DNA of 64,000 nt from Harriotta raleighana (GCA_050575255.1 JBNZDD010013629.1:2889059-2953058), one strand, 5' to 3'. Positions 13,066 to 26,600 are shown, numbered from the stretch's first letter. Notes: generated from the letters alone by a model not told the origin. A program made the numbers and translations.

Positions 13066-14284
13066 AGATGAGTTACCTTAATGGTAAAGCTGTGATGGTG
13101 CTAAGAAGCAATCGGGAGGGGCAATCTTTCTCTCTTCCCCCCACACACCCTCATTGGTGTCGAAATGGATAGTTTTGTTAATTAACTCTCTTCCCTGCCC
13201 ATAAAAAATTATGTATAATTTTGTTGTTTTATTGATAAATCAGCCTTTGGTTCTTGGAGCGTAGCCCACCATTTCCCAATCGTCCTCTGGATGCTGATTT
13301 TGCCCAGTGGGATTGCAGGACGAAGGCTGTCTCCTGTTGTTGGTGGTTGGTCATTGATTGAGTTGACTGAAACTACTGCTCTGGGTACTGATGTCTGAGC
13401 CACACTGAGTAGGACCCTGTTCCTGTACACGGTATTCACATTTACTGCTACAGCTTAATATAAATGGTGAGTCGGACACTCACTTTTCATCTCTGAAGCC
13501 TGAGTCCAAATTCCACCCAGAGACAGGGGATGAAAGTCTCCTGTAGCCTGGTAAGGGCTCCTCCTGGAAAGCATTTGGGACATTCTCACGCACAGCACTA
13601 AACTGCCCTAAATTTAGGAGTGGATTCCCAGTTTCATTCTATGGGGTCAAGGGATGGCTGGTTTATGGGGCTAAACTCCATATGGACTTCTTCTTTTTAT
13701 TATCGACTGAACTATATACCACAATTGTGTGCAGCTTTACAAATTCTGGGAAATAAATCTACTCATTGGGATTATTGCTCCGAGAATTTTTTTTAAAAAT
13801 GTGATCAATCCACAATTATTTCTGGGATCCTGCTGTGTGCAAATAGCTGCCACGTTTCACCAATAAAATACTTTACATTATATTCTGTTGGATATCTTGA
13901 AGGCTTGATAAGGCACTTTATCAAATGCATACTTTTTTTCATTATTAAATATCAAACCAGGCTTTAGGAGTACTTATTATTGTTACCAGGGAAACATGAG
14001 TCCAAAACAAATGTCAATTGCCTCCTCCTCAATTGGATATAAACCTATGGGGCTGCTCCCAGATTACAATCCTAGTTTCCCAGCTAAAGCACAGAGAAAC
14101 CTCAGCATAGAAATACCCGGGCTGCATTAGGGTACTGAGAAAAGCTGTGTAAAGGGGCATATTGAAACAGACTTAAGAAACAGACTGAGCGAATTGGGAA
14201 TGAAAAAGAGTGTGTAAGAACACTAGACAGCCAAGGAGAGAGCCTGTGTGCCTCCAGGTGAGTCTGTGTCTGCCGCGATTGTGT

Positions 14285-14440
14285 CACGTTGACTCAGATG
14301 ACTCACCACCGCTGCTCAGAACAGACCTTTCGTACTGCATTGAGTGTGTGAGTCACGGACTGGGGGGTGGAGGGGGGGTGGGGGGCGGGGGGGGGTGGTG
14401 GCTTGCTGCAGCTCACGCTCTTGGATAACAGGAGTAAGTA
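14285..14440 (+). promoter_or_regulatory. Candidate enhancer or alternative promoter: three AP-1 sites, a G-tract and a splice donor
   Basis: TGACTCA at 14290 and 14299, TGAGTCA at 14349, G-rich tract 14361-14401, GTAAGT at 14434. Confidence 0.45.
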
Positions 14441-15176
14441 AATTCCTTTGTTCTGAATAATATGCTGATTATTTGGGTCTTGGTGACACTCGCTGCTGCA
14501 CTTTGGGAGACCCGGAGAGATACAGACTGGTAGGATATGTTCCCAAGTCCAGGATGCAAAACTGTAGTAACATGTGCAGCTTTTGCTTTTGGGTGTGTAG
14601 TCCCCAGCCCAAGTATTTTATAGACTTGTGCAGATAAGACACAAACAAATTACTCTTGTACTTTCTCAGGCGTTACCTGCTTAACCAGTGCTAACAGACT
14701 GTGTCACTGTGAACTACCAGAGAAACTCTTAAAGTGGCTTTCTATTTGCAATGCTTCCAAAATAGGTTTAGTGGCAAATGGTTAGGCTCAGGTGTGACTT
14801 CCTCCCACCACCCACCATGGGGAAATCAGCGGACAGGAAACTGATCAGTTGGTTTCTCAATGGAACTGTTCTTTTGCATCTTCTGCTAGTTACTTACAGG
14901 TTAGCACGAGCAAAAGATAGTCAGTATCAGGGGGTGTTGTTGAGAGACTTGTCAGAGATCTTCTAAAGGATGGTGGAGACATACTTTTAATCTTTTTTTT
15001 CTTTTTTTTTCTTTCTTGAGTGCTGAGTAACTGATTGTCTTCAATGTATTTTTAGACAATGGTTTCAATCTTCTTTCCCTTTCACTTGGCCCCAAACACC
15101 AGCTCAAGTGTCTATCCAGCATTTTCAAGCAAGTGAGACTCTTCCCCCATGTGAAATGTGTATTTTATATGTGTAA

Positions 15177-15465
15177 TGTGGAATTCTGTAGTTCAGTGGT
15201 TAGAGCACTCGTCTTACAAGCGAGAGACCTGGGTTCGATTCCAATCAAGACGAAAGCTTGGGCAAATTTCCTTATTCCACATGCCTAATAATGATCCCTT
15301 TTTTTTAAAAAAAAGGGTTATTTCAATCCACGACTGTTGTGCACAATTGGCTGCCACGTTTTGTCCACAAATATACAGTCAATTCACTTTAAAGTATATT
15401 CTGTGAAGCGTTTTAAGACACCTAGAAGACGTGAAAAGCACTATATCAAATACAAGGATTATTAT
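15177..15465 (+). mobile_element. tRNA-derived Deu-domain SINE
   Basis: Head gtagttcagtggttagagcactcgtcttacaagcgagagacctgggttcgattcc, central gtgcacaattggctgccacg, tail gtgaaaagcactatatcaaatacaaggattatta. Confidence 0.88.
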
Positions 15466-17156
15466 ATTTATTATGATATTGTATAAGTGGAATACTATAA
15501 TTATAACTACAAAAATAACTTCAATTCTACAGTACTGTGTATAACTAGGTTCAGATTAGTGAAGGAATCTGGGCTCTCTGTGGTCTAGTGCTACACTGGA
15601 TAAAGCTCTTTCCCTTTAGGCCTTGGGAAAACTTCAGTGGCTCTGAATTAAGCACTGATTTAAAGGGAAATGTTTCACTACTGGCAAATTCTCAGCCAGG
15701 AGTTTGACAGCTGCCACAGACGGTGTAGAAGATCAAGACAATGTGGCTGTTATGTTTATGGATCCAGAAGTCCCTTTTTACCAGGCGTCTCTGTCATTGC
15801 AAGATTCACGATGTGGCAGATGGGGTTTACAGCAGCCTGGCCTGTGCTGTCCTGTCCTGGTAATGGCTGTAACTGAGGCGGTAACGCAACGGTTAGGCAA
15901 ACCTCCAATAATGCTGAAAAGTCATTGAACTGGGATTGTTTGGGAAGCTCCTCCAAAGAGCCAGTACAGGCATGAAGAGCTGAATGGCCTCATTCTGTAC
16001 TACCGTATTCTGTGCTTCAATAGTTAGGCATTGAAAAATGGACTTTGTGATGCTCCAGTTTGTATGAAGACAATTGTGGAGCTTTTTGATTTACACATAC
16101 GAGTGAATTTGTTCTGTCTATGCTGATATTTTTATTTACTGTGACTATTTTTGCATACTTTATTTTCTTCCTTTGAAGACCTGGTGTATTGGAGACTGTT
16201 AATATACTTTCCTCTGATCCAGCTGTGACTGCTGGCCACAAAGCCTGGACTCAAAGTGGTTTTGGGTTCCAAGTGATGAGTAACAGCACAAAACTTCTTC
16301 TAATTTGGTACTGAGTGTCCAGTCTCGCGCAGACAGGCTACATGATGGCTCCTGTATGAAATTTTAAAAATGCTGTATCAGTACAATAGGAAATCTTTTG
16401 AGATTTCAGCACATTGTTCCTAAATTCTTCTCGCTCTTTATGGAATCTTTAGTATTCCTTGTAGGAATCTTTGTCCTTATTTCTATCTCTTCCTCTTTCT
16501 CTCTCCCTCTCTCGTCTGTTTCATCCTCTGCAGAGGTCTGCGTGTTTACTTCTTTGTCTCCTTATTTCTCCATTGTTCTCTTACTTTCTGTCTACTCCCC
16601 TGACCAGTCCCCTTATCCCTGAGGCTACATTCAGTTAATGTCAGATTGGGGATTAAAGTGTTAATGTAAGACAGGAAGCACTCTTCACACAGTGACTGGG
16701 GACAGTGAAAAACATTTGCATAAAAATTCCAGTGATTCACCCGAAGCTTGACTGAACAGGCATGAGTCTGATTGACTGCTGGCTGGCTGGGGGATGGGTA
16801 GGTGAGAGGGGCAATTTTGTCAAATTCACGTAGAGTAATAGAATAAAGCCTCCTCCTTGCTTGCTTTGCATACACTACTGAGTGGAGGTATATGTGTTTG
16901 TATAACAGACAGTTGCACACCAACTGAGAGGGGGTGGGTGGGTTACAGTAATAGTACAGGGGTGAGTGGGCACTTACTGACTCATTGATGTTTCAATCTG
17001 AATCAGACTGACACTGGGAATTTAATATGTTTATGTCTCAGGGTGATATCTCTGCTTCACTACAGTACTGACCACAGAGATGCTTTGTGAGCACATTTTT
17101 CACTGGGGGATGGGGCACTGGATAGTTGTCAGGAATCCTACTATTTACCTAAACTA

Positions 17157-17538
17157 GGTGGATAGTCTTGTAGCGCAGTGGTTTAGAGCACTTGCCTCAC
17201 AAGCGAGAGACCCTGGTTTGAGTCCTGAGCAGGCCAAACATTGGGCAAGTTTCCTTACTCCATACACTTCTGTTTACCTAGCAATAGGAATAGGAATCTG
17301 TTTGTTAGTTGATTGGCGGATTGCTTTTCTGGGGGTGCCAAGTGTAATTTTGTTGTTGTTGTTTTAAAACAAAAGTGGTCACTCAATCCATGACTGTTTG
17401 TGGAAGAGTGCTGTGTGCAATTGGCTGCTGTGTATCATCCACAAAATATAGTTAATTCACCACAATATATTCTGCATTCTTCGAGGTGTCCCAAAGATGT
17501 GATAAAGCACTACATCAAATGTAAGGATTATTATTATT
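17157..17538 (+). mobile_element. tRNA-derived Deu-domain SINE, long variant
   Basis: Complete head-body-tail match to the family. Confidence 0.85.
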
Positions 17539-17859
17539 GAGATTGCAATTGTAGTCCTGGCTGAGATCAGCAGGTCAGGCCAGTATCAACCTGTAATTTG
17601 TCGGTATATTTGGCACAGCAGTGCACAGGTGCACTGGCCTACCAATGAGCAAATCCTTTCACCAGGTACACAACCTGCAAATTCTGCAGATTCTTTCAGG
17701 CCTCACCATCGTTCAGTACAAAATCGACAAGCATAGTCAAGCCTGAATGTAATGGAAGGCATGGATGTAATTCAGCGGTCTCAGACCTTGCCCTGCATGG
17801 AGGGCACTACTGTATATAAGTGCACTTTGTTGCTGCTTTCTGAGAGTTTGGCAGTGGTG

Positions 17860-18240
17860 GAGTTGGGCAATGTTACAGCGGTGGGGAAAGGCTGGTTGTG
17901 GGGGAGAAAGGACACAAGCCAATTGGGTGGTGGTGGGGGGTGGGCCTCAGTCTTGTTGATGTTCAACTGTAGAAAATTGGCTCTCATACAAGACTGACAG
18001 GCAAGTCTGTCTGGACATCAGTTGTCCTGGAGTCGAGGGTGGAGGCAGAGAAACTGAGTTGGGTGTCATCCGCTTGGAAATTAACTGCATAGTTGCGGAT
18101 GGTGTAACCAATACGGAATATGTAAGGTTGAAGAAGAGAGGACTGAGGATAGAGCCCTGAAGAAATACTGCACAGGACTGCTGGGGCTGAAGGAGAAGCC
18201 GTTTTGGAGATAAAATAGAGCTGGTGTGAGATGGCATCCT
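17860..18240 (-). mobile_element. L2 LINE RT-domain fragment
   Basis: QGSILSPLFF, ADDTQLSFS and ANFLQLNINKTEA motifs across frameshifts. Confidence 0.7.
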
Positions 18241-19206
18241 GCACCCTATCACATCTTCGAGACAACTCAAAGCGCTTCACAGAATACACATTGACTACAG
18301 GACTCCCATTTGTCAGTGGACATGCCCACACCATCAGTGCCCCTGAACGGGTTACTATTGTTGGCCCAGTGCCCTAATGGAGATGTGCAGTTCCTGCTGT
18401 AAGTTGTATTATTGGCAGACAGGTCCTTGTCTGCTAATTGATTATTGACCTTGGTAATAAAAAGCTGACCTCATGTGTTAATTCTCTCTCTGGAGAGACC
18501 CTCATTAATAAGAGGATTCTCTATCAGTCACTGAGAACACAATTAGTGCTGTTACATGGACTGGAATTATTCTAACAAGGTATTCTGTCTGCACTCATCT
18601 CATTGTGAGAGGCTGCTCTGTTACATCTTGTAGCTGAGAGTTGTTCCGCTGATGTGGGACTGAGCACAGTTTGAGCTCGTCACAAATGTCCCTTTGCTCT
18701 TTTTCTCCTTAGAGGATCATGTCATTAACACCAGGTACCCTCTGGTGCCTTATCCAAGTAGCCCACTTTATTTTTTCCAATTTCTTGGACAGTTACTGTC
18801 AGTGGATTTCAAAAGCGGGGGAATTGTCACAGGGGAGCCAGATCCTATCCTTGCTTGATGATATGTTGACACATACATTTTAGCTCCCTTTCAGGATCTC
18901 TGAGGCTTATTGTTGTCCCCTTACTGCCTTTTCTTGACTTGACTACACCAACTGCCTGCTCACTGGACTTCCCAACTCTGACCTCTGCAAAGGGAAAGCT
19001 CTGCAGCTCGTGTCCTCTCCCACACCAGATTCAGCAAACCAATCACCCGTTTAAAGTTCTTACTTCCCCCTCACCTCTTTGACCACCTAACTCTAGATCA
19101 GCCTCCCCCTCCGCTCGGCGGATACCGGCTTGCTTCAGGTACCCGCAGTTCCTACCTCACCATTGATGGTCGGGCATTCAGCATCACATGCCCACATTCT
19201 GGAACT

Positions 19207-19782
19207 CTTATAATAATAATATTCGTTTGATACAGCACTTTTCACATCTTTTAGACGTCTCAAAGCGCTTCACAAAATATACTTTGAATTGTCTGTATAT
19301 TTGTAACTTGGGTTGATGTATTGTGGAGTCTTGTAGCTCAATGGTTAGAGCACTCACTTTACAAGTGTGAGATCTGTATTCAAATCCAGGCAGGTCAGGG
19401 CAAAACCTAGGGCAAGTTTTGTTACTCCATACGCCTAATAATAATCCCATTTTTAGGTTGCCCAGTCATGTCAACATTACTAGCACTCACAAGCAATGAG
19501 TGCTAGTAATGGAAAAAAAATTGGTCATTTCAATCCACGACTGTTTGTGGGAAACAGCAACCTGAGGCACACACAGGGAATTGAGCACACCAGCAAGCCA
19601 GAGGCACAGTAATAATAATCCTTGCATTTGATACAACACTTTTCAAGTCTTCTAGACGTCTCAAAACGCTTTACAGAATATACTGTAAAGTGAATTGACT
19701 GTGTATTGTAAGCAAAATGCAGCAGCCAATTGCGCAGAGCAGTGTCCTTACAAACAGTCGTGGATTGAAATGACCAATTTGA
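19207..19782. mobile_element. Cluster of SINE fragments in both orientations
   Basis: Minus tail about 19207-19300, plus head and body about 19322-19555, minus 3' half about 19611-19780. Confidence 0.8.
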
Positions 19783-20691
19783 CATTTATCTCTCAATGGC
19801 CAGGTGTATGGTACAGAGCAGAGCATTCTCTGGGTGCCCAGAGCAGAAGCCATTTGGCCCATTGAGTCTATGCCAGCTCTTTAAAAAGAGCAATTTAATC
19901 CCACTCCCCATAACTGCATCCTCCCCAAGTAAATGTCTAATGTTTTAAAAAATAATTTTTTTTTTTAAATAACCATACTTCTACATTAATTTCTCTCTTT
20001 ATAGCAACTGGCAGAAACTGGCCCTAACAAACTGCCTCTCACCAGCAAAATGGTTAATTACTCCTCTGATTTTCTCTTGTTTGTTAAATTATGCTTGTGA
20101 TTTTTTTTTTCTTCTCCCCCGGTTGGGCTTTTATTTGCACAAATTTATTTTCATGTTGAGCATCAGAGTATGAATGGTGGCATATTCTCACTTCACTAGT
20201 AAATGGTCTGTGAATGTTAGTTACAGTGAACATACTCAGCCCCCCGGCACCTCAGAACCTGAACAGTCAGGACAGAACACACCTGTACATGTGGCACTCA
20301 CTCCTCCCAGTATTTCCATATCTTATAACTAACTCAACTAAGCTTGTTACAATCTCACACCCCCATCTGTATCTAACCCCTTCTGTATCTAACCTGGGAT
20401 CTCTTAATGAGATGTGTAGAGATATACTCTGCGTTTAACATGCAGTCCAGTCACTGACCGAGTGCTGTATAAATGCAGAAAACTCTTTTGTCCCTCATCT
20501 CTGATGTCACTCGATAGACACAAACTGCAGATTTTGCCACACTCCTTGAGAGAGTTCCTGTTACAACATGTCTGCATTATTCTTTAAGCAGCAAGCAAAA
20601 AAAACTTACATTTTTAGGGTGCCCAGTCATGTCAACATTACTAACACTCACAAGCGGTTGTATTTATTGACAAGTATTTAGTGCAGACTAA

Positions 20692-20877
20692 AGCTCAGTG
20701 ATTAGAGCGCTTACCTCGCAAGCAAGAGACCTGGGTTCAATTCCCTGCAGGTCAGGCGAAACCATGGGCAAGTTTCCTTACCCCGCATGCCTGATAATAA
20801 TTCCTCAAGAAAAATTAATCAATAATAATTTGGTCATTCAAAAGCGCGATATCAAATACAAGGATTATTATTTATTA
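20692..20877 (+). mobile_element. Internally deleted SINE
   Basis: Head and tail of the family joined without the central domain. Confidence 0.75.
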
Positions 20878-21026
20878 GTATCTCCAGGGTGCCATCCTGG
20901 AGTGTGAGCTCAGATATAGGTACCTTGAACCCACTTCTGCTGCGAACTCAGTAGGACTGAGAAGAGAATGTGACTCACTAAACACATTCAACAACTGAAC
21001 TTAACTTGTGTATGTTTGTTTTGCAG

Positions 21027-21143
21027 AGTAATTAAACGTGTTGAGCCCCTGAGTACGAGAAGGAGCGGGAATGTGTTACTGGCTGCTTCCCACGCCGTCT
21101 CTTGTGCTGTAGCATAAGAAGCCACCTAGTCTGAGAATCCCAA
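21027..21143 (+). other. BCL9L: Candidate non-coding 5' UTR exon of BCL9L
   Basis: Acceptor tgtttgttttgcag| and donor caa|gtaagt, in unique sequence about 1 kb upstream of the candidate first coding exon. Confidence 0.5.
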
Positions 21144-22172
21144 GTAAGTCACGTGAAAAGGTATATGATTATACAGTAAATTTAAAGTTGTTGAATGTAT
21201 GTTAAAGGTACGAAATTAGAGTTAAGGTACAGATCAGCCACAATCTTATAGAATGGCATAACAGGCTTCAGCGGTTGAATAGCCTACTTCTGTTCCTATG
21301 TATGGAATGACCAAAGCGGTGGAGTAATATCACCAATTTAAAGAGGGAATTAGCTATCTGTTTAGAAGTCACTCACAGATTCCATTTGTGGCATACCCTG
21401 TCACCCTCCCCGTTTTTAACACACTTGCAGTTCTTGGTCTCTGAGCTCTTTCACTGCAGTGAGGAACGTTCCTTTACTCCAGGTGAGTTTACTAACTATC
21501 AGCAGGTCGTGGAGTTCAGCTTCTGTGTGGCACTCCTTCTGCTGGTCTTATGACTTCCTTTCATTCTGTACCAGAATCCAAACATCACATGGGACAAGAT
21601 AACCAGGTTAATAGCATAACTGCCACCATCACGGGAGTGCGAAAAGCCATGGATTAATATCAGCAGCTGCCAGGTAGTAACCCAGATTAGGGACAATCAC
21701 ATCAAACCCGATTCACATACCCATTTGCTTTCAAGAGATCCATTGCTGGAAGATGTGCATTGGTAGCCGGTAATACAGGACTAGGTTCTGCTGTGATGCT
21801 CTTAGATAGTTGTGTAGCCCATCATCAATCAGCTCAGGTGTGGGTCTTCACCATGAACCAATGGGCACAGGAAAGAAGGGGGGAAAAATGGAGGAAAAAT
21901 CTCCCTCAGTGCCTTGGGATGTCCTCCCGATGTAAAAGGCGTTCTATAAATGTAATTTTGTTGGTGTTGTTGTACATTGTGTATGATTGAGCTTTTAACC
22001 GATGCTGTCAAGAATGGCTTACGATGTTAGAAATGAACAGTTGCTCGGATTGGGGGGGATAGGGGATGCATTCAATTTGTGGATAAGGGACTGAGTGTGT
22101 AGGAGTTCAGAAAGATTCTTTGCATGACTTTTGTTTCTGTGTTTGTTCTGGTGTGCATAGTGAGCTCAGGAG

Positions 22173-22477
22173 ATGAGAGAGTACCAGCACAGAGAGCAGG
22201 CTGACTCCCAGCGCATCCTCACACCGGAGGAGGAGCACCCGGCTCTTGAGCAGTTTGTGTGTCAGAAAAAACCCAAGAAAGAAAAAGGTCGGCCCACAGA
22301 CAATAAGATGCTGGCTGGCTCCCAACCTCCACTCAGAGCTCCGAAGAATTCCAGCCCCAGTAAGCACTTAAAGAGCCCCGCTTCACCTGCACTGATGTCC
22401 CACAGCCCAGGAGCTCTCCACCCAGCCAGCACCAAACCCAGGGGTTTGAAGAGTCCACCACCGAGCGACTCACCAAG
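22173..22477 (+). CDS. BCL9L: BCL9L candidate first coding exon (exon from 22161, MREYQHREQ...SDSPR)
   Basis: Acceptor gcatag| at 22160, ATG at 22173, open Ser/Pro-rich frame, donor AAG|gtatgt in phase 2 matching the acceptor at 28914. Confidence 0.6.
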
Positions 22478-23568
22478 GTATGTAACACCACTATAATAGG
22501 TTTGATGTAGTTACAGCAGATACTATAGAGATTGATGTGCCTCTTGCGCTGCCCCACACAGCAATAGCGCAAGTGTGACCAGATAGAGAAGCCGCTGGTT
22601 TGGTATTGCATCGATCACCAACTCGGCTTCTAGAGTAGCCTGGAGATCAGCTGGACCTCGTAATGAATGTGTTATTGTTCCATTCTAGAAGTCAGCAGGT
22701 CAACAACGATTACTATTTATATGGAAGATGCTTTCTGAATAAATTCACTTCATCCATTGGATCCATTGGAAAGTGAGTCTCTTGGGTATTGCAGTAGCCG
22801 GTTGCTGCCACAAGAGGATGGTGGACTGTTTACAAGCAGCCTCTTGTGACAGACAGCACGAGCATGACGAGTGCCCAGTTGTAAATGGACAGACTGCTTT
22901 TGCCTCGTGACCTGGCCAGGTTTTGTGTTGACCAGCCCAGGTGGCAGTGTCTTGAAAACATGTGTCTGGGTTCTGTTTACATAATCAATTAAAATGATCA
23001 ATAAATGCTGAGGCCACGGTTTGTGCTGTGACTGTGTAGCATAACTGAGTTGTGTTTCTGTGTAATTATTACAAGTCTGTTATCCAGCAATGTAAGGAAC
23101 ACAACAACAGCAACAATTATAATTTCTTGCATTGTGATCTTTTCAAAGAAAATACAATTTTTATTATAAATAAGGCTTGAAATGTGCATCCTGGCTTTTG
23201 GCAGCAAGCACTGGAGTACTGTGAGGACTGGTCAGATGGGTTATAGTGAGATGGAGGGATAATAATAATGCTTGCATTTAATATATCATATCTTCAAGAT
23301 GCCTCATAGCACTTCTCAGAATTTACTATGAAGTGAATGTGTGTCCACCATTCAAGTAAAAACTGAGATCCTGCTTAGTGTTGGGTAAACAAGGAAACTT
23401 GCCTAAGCTTTTGCCCCGCTTGGGAATCTATAGATCCTCTTGCTTGCGAGATGACTGTTCTAAACGCTCACTGCAGGACTCCACAGGGGTCTGTTCAGCC
23501 TGCACTGAGCGTAACTGGATATTAGGACCACAACTGCCCTGTACTTCCTATATATATGTGTGTGTATG

Positions 23569-23607
<39 letters not shown>

Positions 23608-26600
23608 GTGTGTGTGTGTATATATGCACTCTTTCTAGCTTCTATATCCATCCTACCGGCCCCCGAACATATGGCCACGAATGTAACTTAGAGATCTGTC
23701 ATGTGTGTCACTTTGTGGTGGTGGGTCCTGCATGTAACTATGTTTCTGTAACCCCCACCAGCTGCCAACCAGAGAAGTCACAAAAACTCACTCCCAGGGA
23801 TCTTTTAGTCTATACACACATAAACCCGCCCCCTTTTGGCCCCTTGATTAGGTTACAGCTTGAAGCTCACTCTCGGGGATCCTTTATTCTCCATGTAAAA
23901 CACTGGAGCCCCTTGATTAGATTCCACCTGCTTATTAATTCCCATAAGGGTAAAATCAGCCACACTACTCCTGATCATTACCCACGGAAAATGTATGTGA
24001 GGAGATATCTGTGTCAATGCCTGGGGTGCGGGGTATTTGAGTGCAGTCTGTGATACCCTGCAGTAGAATATCAGTATGTTACTGTTTGGTACTCTTGCAT
24101 GAAGTACGTCACTTGAACCTGCTCATGGAACTATTCGCTCCACGTGAGTTACCTGCTTCAGGAGAGGAGAAAAGTAATACAAAAGAGAACGATTTTCACG
24201 ATTATATGAGGTAAATTATAAACAGAGCTTGTTGTTTCAAGATGTTTGAAGCGGTTCAATTCTTCTGCCCTTTTATTCTGAATTCTCCTGATCTGACTCT
24301 AGTTCCTTTTCATCAGGTTATTGAGCTGCAAAGTTAAATCAGTAAAAAGCCCCTCAGGCAACCAACACATTAAAGAGTATTTGCTAAATAGTTTGCCTCA
24401 AAGTTCTCTCCCCAATCTAACCTGTACTCACCAAAAAACATCCAGAGGTTTTCAAAGCTATTGCATCTCTCAAGGTTTGAAGAATGTTGAGAGATGCAAT
24501 AGCTCTGGGACCCTTTGTCTCTGGTTTCTTCTACAGTCTACAGTAATTCCCGTAAGCGATACCTTGAATAGCAATGTGCTCCACTACCCGGCTTTCTCTA
24601 AGTTCAGGCTAGGTACTGCAAGTCAGATGCTGCTTTCACCCTTCCTCCACCAGAGGGGAGAATTGTAACAGCTCATTTATGTGGAAATTCCCCAAGCGAG
24701 GGAGCATGGCCCAGATATGTAACCAAACGTGCTGGAGCAAATCCCAGGCCATCCAGTCTCCATGCCAAGCTGTCTCTGGCAGTGCAGTCACAACAGCAGT
24801 GGGCAGTAGGCTTAGCATGGTGCACTTAGGGTTAAATGCGGATCCATGCATTACTCTGGGATCAAAGTATACTTTTTCTTGCTATTAGTGGTATCGCCAC
24901 AGGCAAGTGAAAGGTGATTTATAAACTCTTTCTTTTTCTTTCTCTTTGAACGAATCTGTTTGGCTGCTGCCAGTGATACCATAAATCCCACTGAGCTCCC
25001 AGTCCGCGGTGACCTGCTGTCGCCACACCTGCCATCCCACCGTATGCATTCCCTTCCCGAACACCTCACCAGGGATGATGCTTTATGGTTTTCTGATTCC
25101 CTTTGAAGCCACTTGAGCGCACCCTGCCTCCCAAGCTGCAACTCCAGCCCGCAGTGACGCATTGTCACCCCCGCTTGGGTCCCGACCAGATTATTCAGCG
25201 TCTTGGGACGTCCTTACGATGTGAAAGGCACTCTATAAATGTAATTTTGTTGTTGTTGTTGTTCTCGCAGCTTCGAGCTGGAAATGTTGCAGTCAAACCT
25301 TTTGCTTTGTTGCTGTGGGCTAGTTTTCCACCTGGAAAGCCAACTTGCAGCCTCAGTGCTCCAGGCGCCCAGCTAACTTAGCGTGTGTTTGACGAGTGGC
25401 ACAGGGATGGAGTCCTTTACGGAATCCTTATTCCTGCCATCACAGTCCATCAATTTCCAAAGGTCAAGCCTTTTCTGTTATGGGATAGGATTGCTTACTC
25501 TGGGGAGGCTTTTAATGCAGAGTAACAGGTAGAACAACAACCTCTAATACAAGTAGAAGCTCCAAGCTGTTGTGAGCTGAAATGTGACCAGATGTTTGTG
25601 CATACTTCACATGTTGTACACATTATTATACACATGGTACACATACATATAGGGTGCCAGTGTGTATACTGACTTGCTCATTTGTTTTGAAAATCGGGAG
25701 TAGTGTTTCATGTTTTAGAAAGAAAGAGTGTGGAGGTCTGAGCAGGCGAGGGAAAGCAACCCTTTGTTTATGCCCATGAGGTAGGAGAGTCTGAGTGGCT
25801 GAATTCCACAGATATAAATCGTGCAGCAACATGCCGTGGCTTCAGGCATGAGTCATGCTTTCGTTTGAAGTGAAGTAAGCAGCAGCACGGGAGAGGATGC
25901 TGAGGAGGTGTGAGGATGGCTGTGTGCGGCTGGCTCTGAGAGTCCCAGCGTCCAGCCGGCGTGACCAGAGCCATGTGTTGACTTTAGAGATTTTTAGAGT
26001 GTGGGTTCCTGTGGTAAAGCATTGATTGCAGTGCTCAATGCTGGGCGATGAGGAAACCATATCATTTGAGTGAGTATTTACTGTATCGCATTGTTTTGAG
26101 ATTCCTGTAGTGAGAACAGCAATAACAGGGAGTGCTGAAGGAATTCCTTCAACTTAATGTTCTTTCATGTTTGTTTGAACTTTCTTCAAATTCTGCTTTC
26201 CTTGCTTAATTTCTCAGATGGTGGTTTGTATAGTTTTATTAAATATTTGCGTAAATCGGTGTAAAGCTCATGACTGTTCAGACTTTGCAATGAAACTTCT
26301 GTAATATTGTGGTAAGCCTAATGAGCTGTAGTCCGGCCGGAAGTCTGGCAATGCAGGAGTTAGTGAAAGACTTTGATTTCAATGAGCAATACTCCATACT
26401 TGTGTGTTACTCGAGACAGACAGCGGCTGGCCCTATGTGAAGTCTCTTCATTTCTGGTTACTTGGTGTATAATTGGTTGATTTCTGCAGTACGGTTTGTG
26501 CTACACTGGTGACTAATCATGATCTATTGGGCCTGTGGTTAATGGATATCACACAAACCCGCAAAATGCCGTCACTTTATCTTATCACAGTTATACTGAA

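Noticed and set aside
15177-15250. tRNA-like sequences (also near 9840, 17160, 31400, 49650 and others)
   Set aside because: These are SINE heads. The acceptor stems are imperfect and each runs straight into the repeat body.
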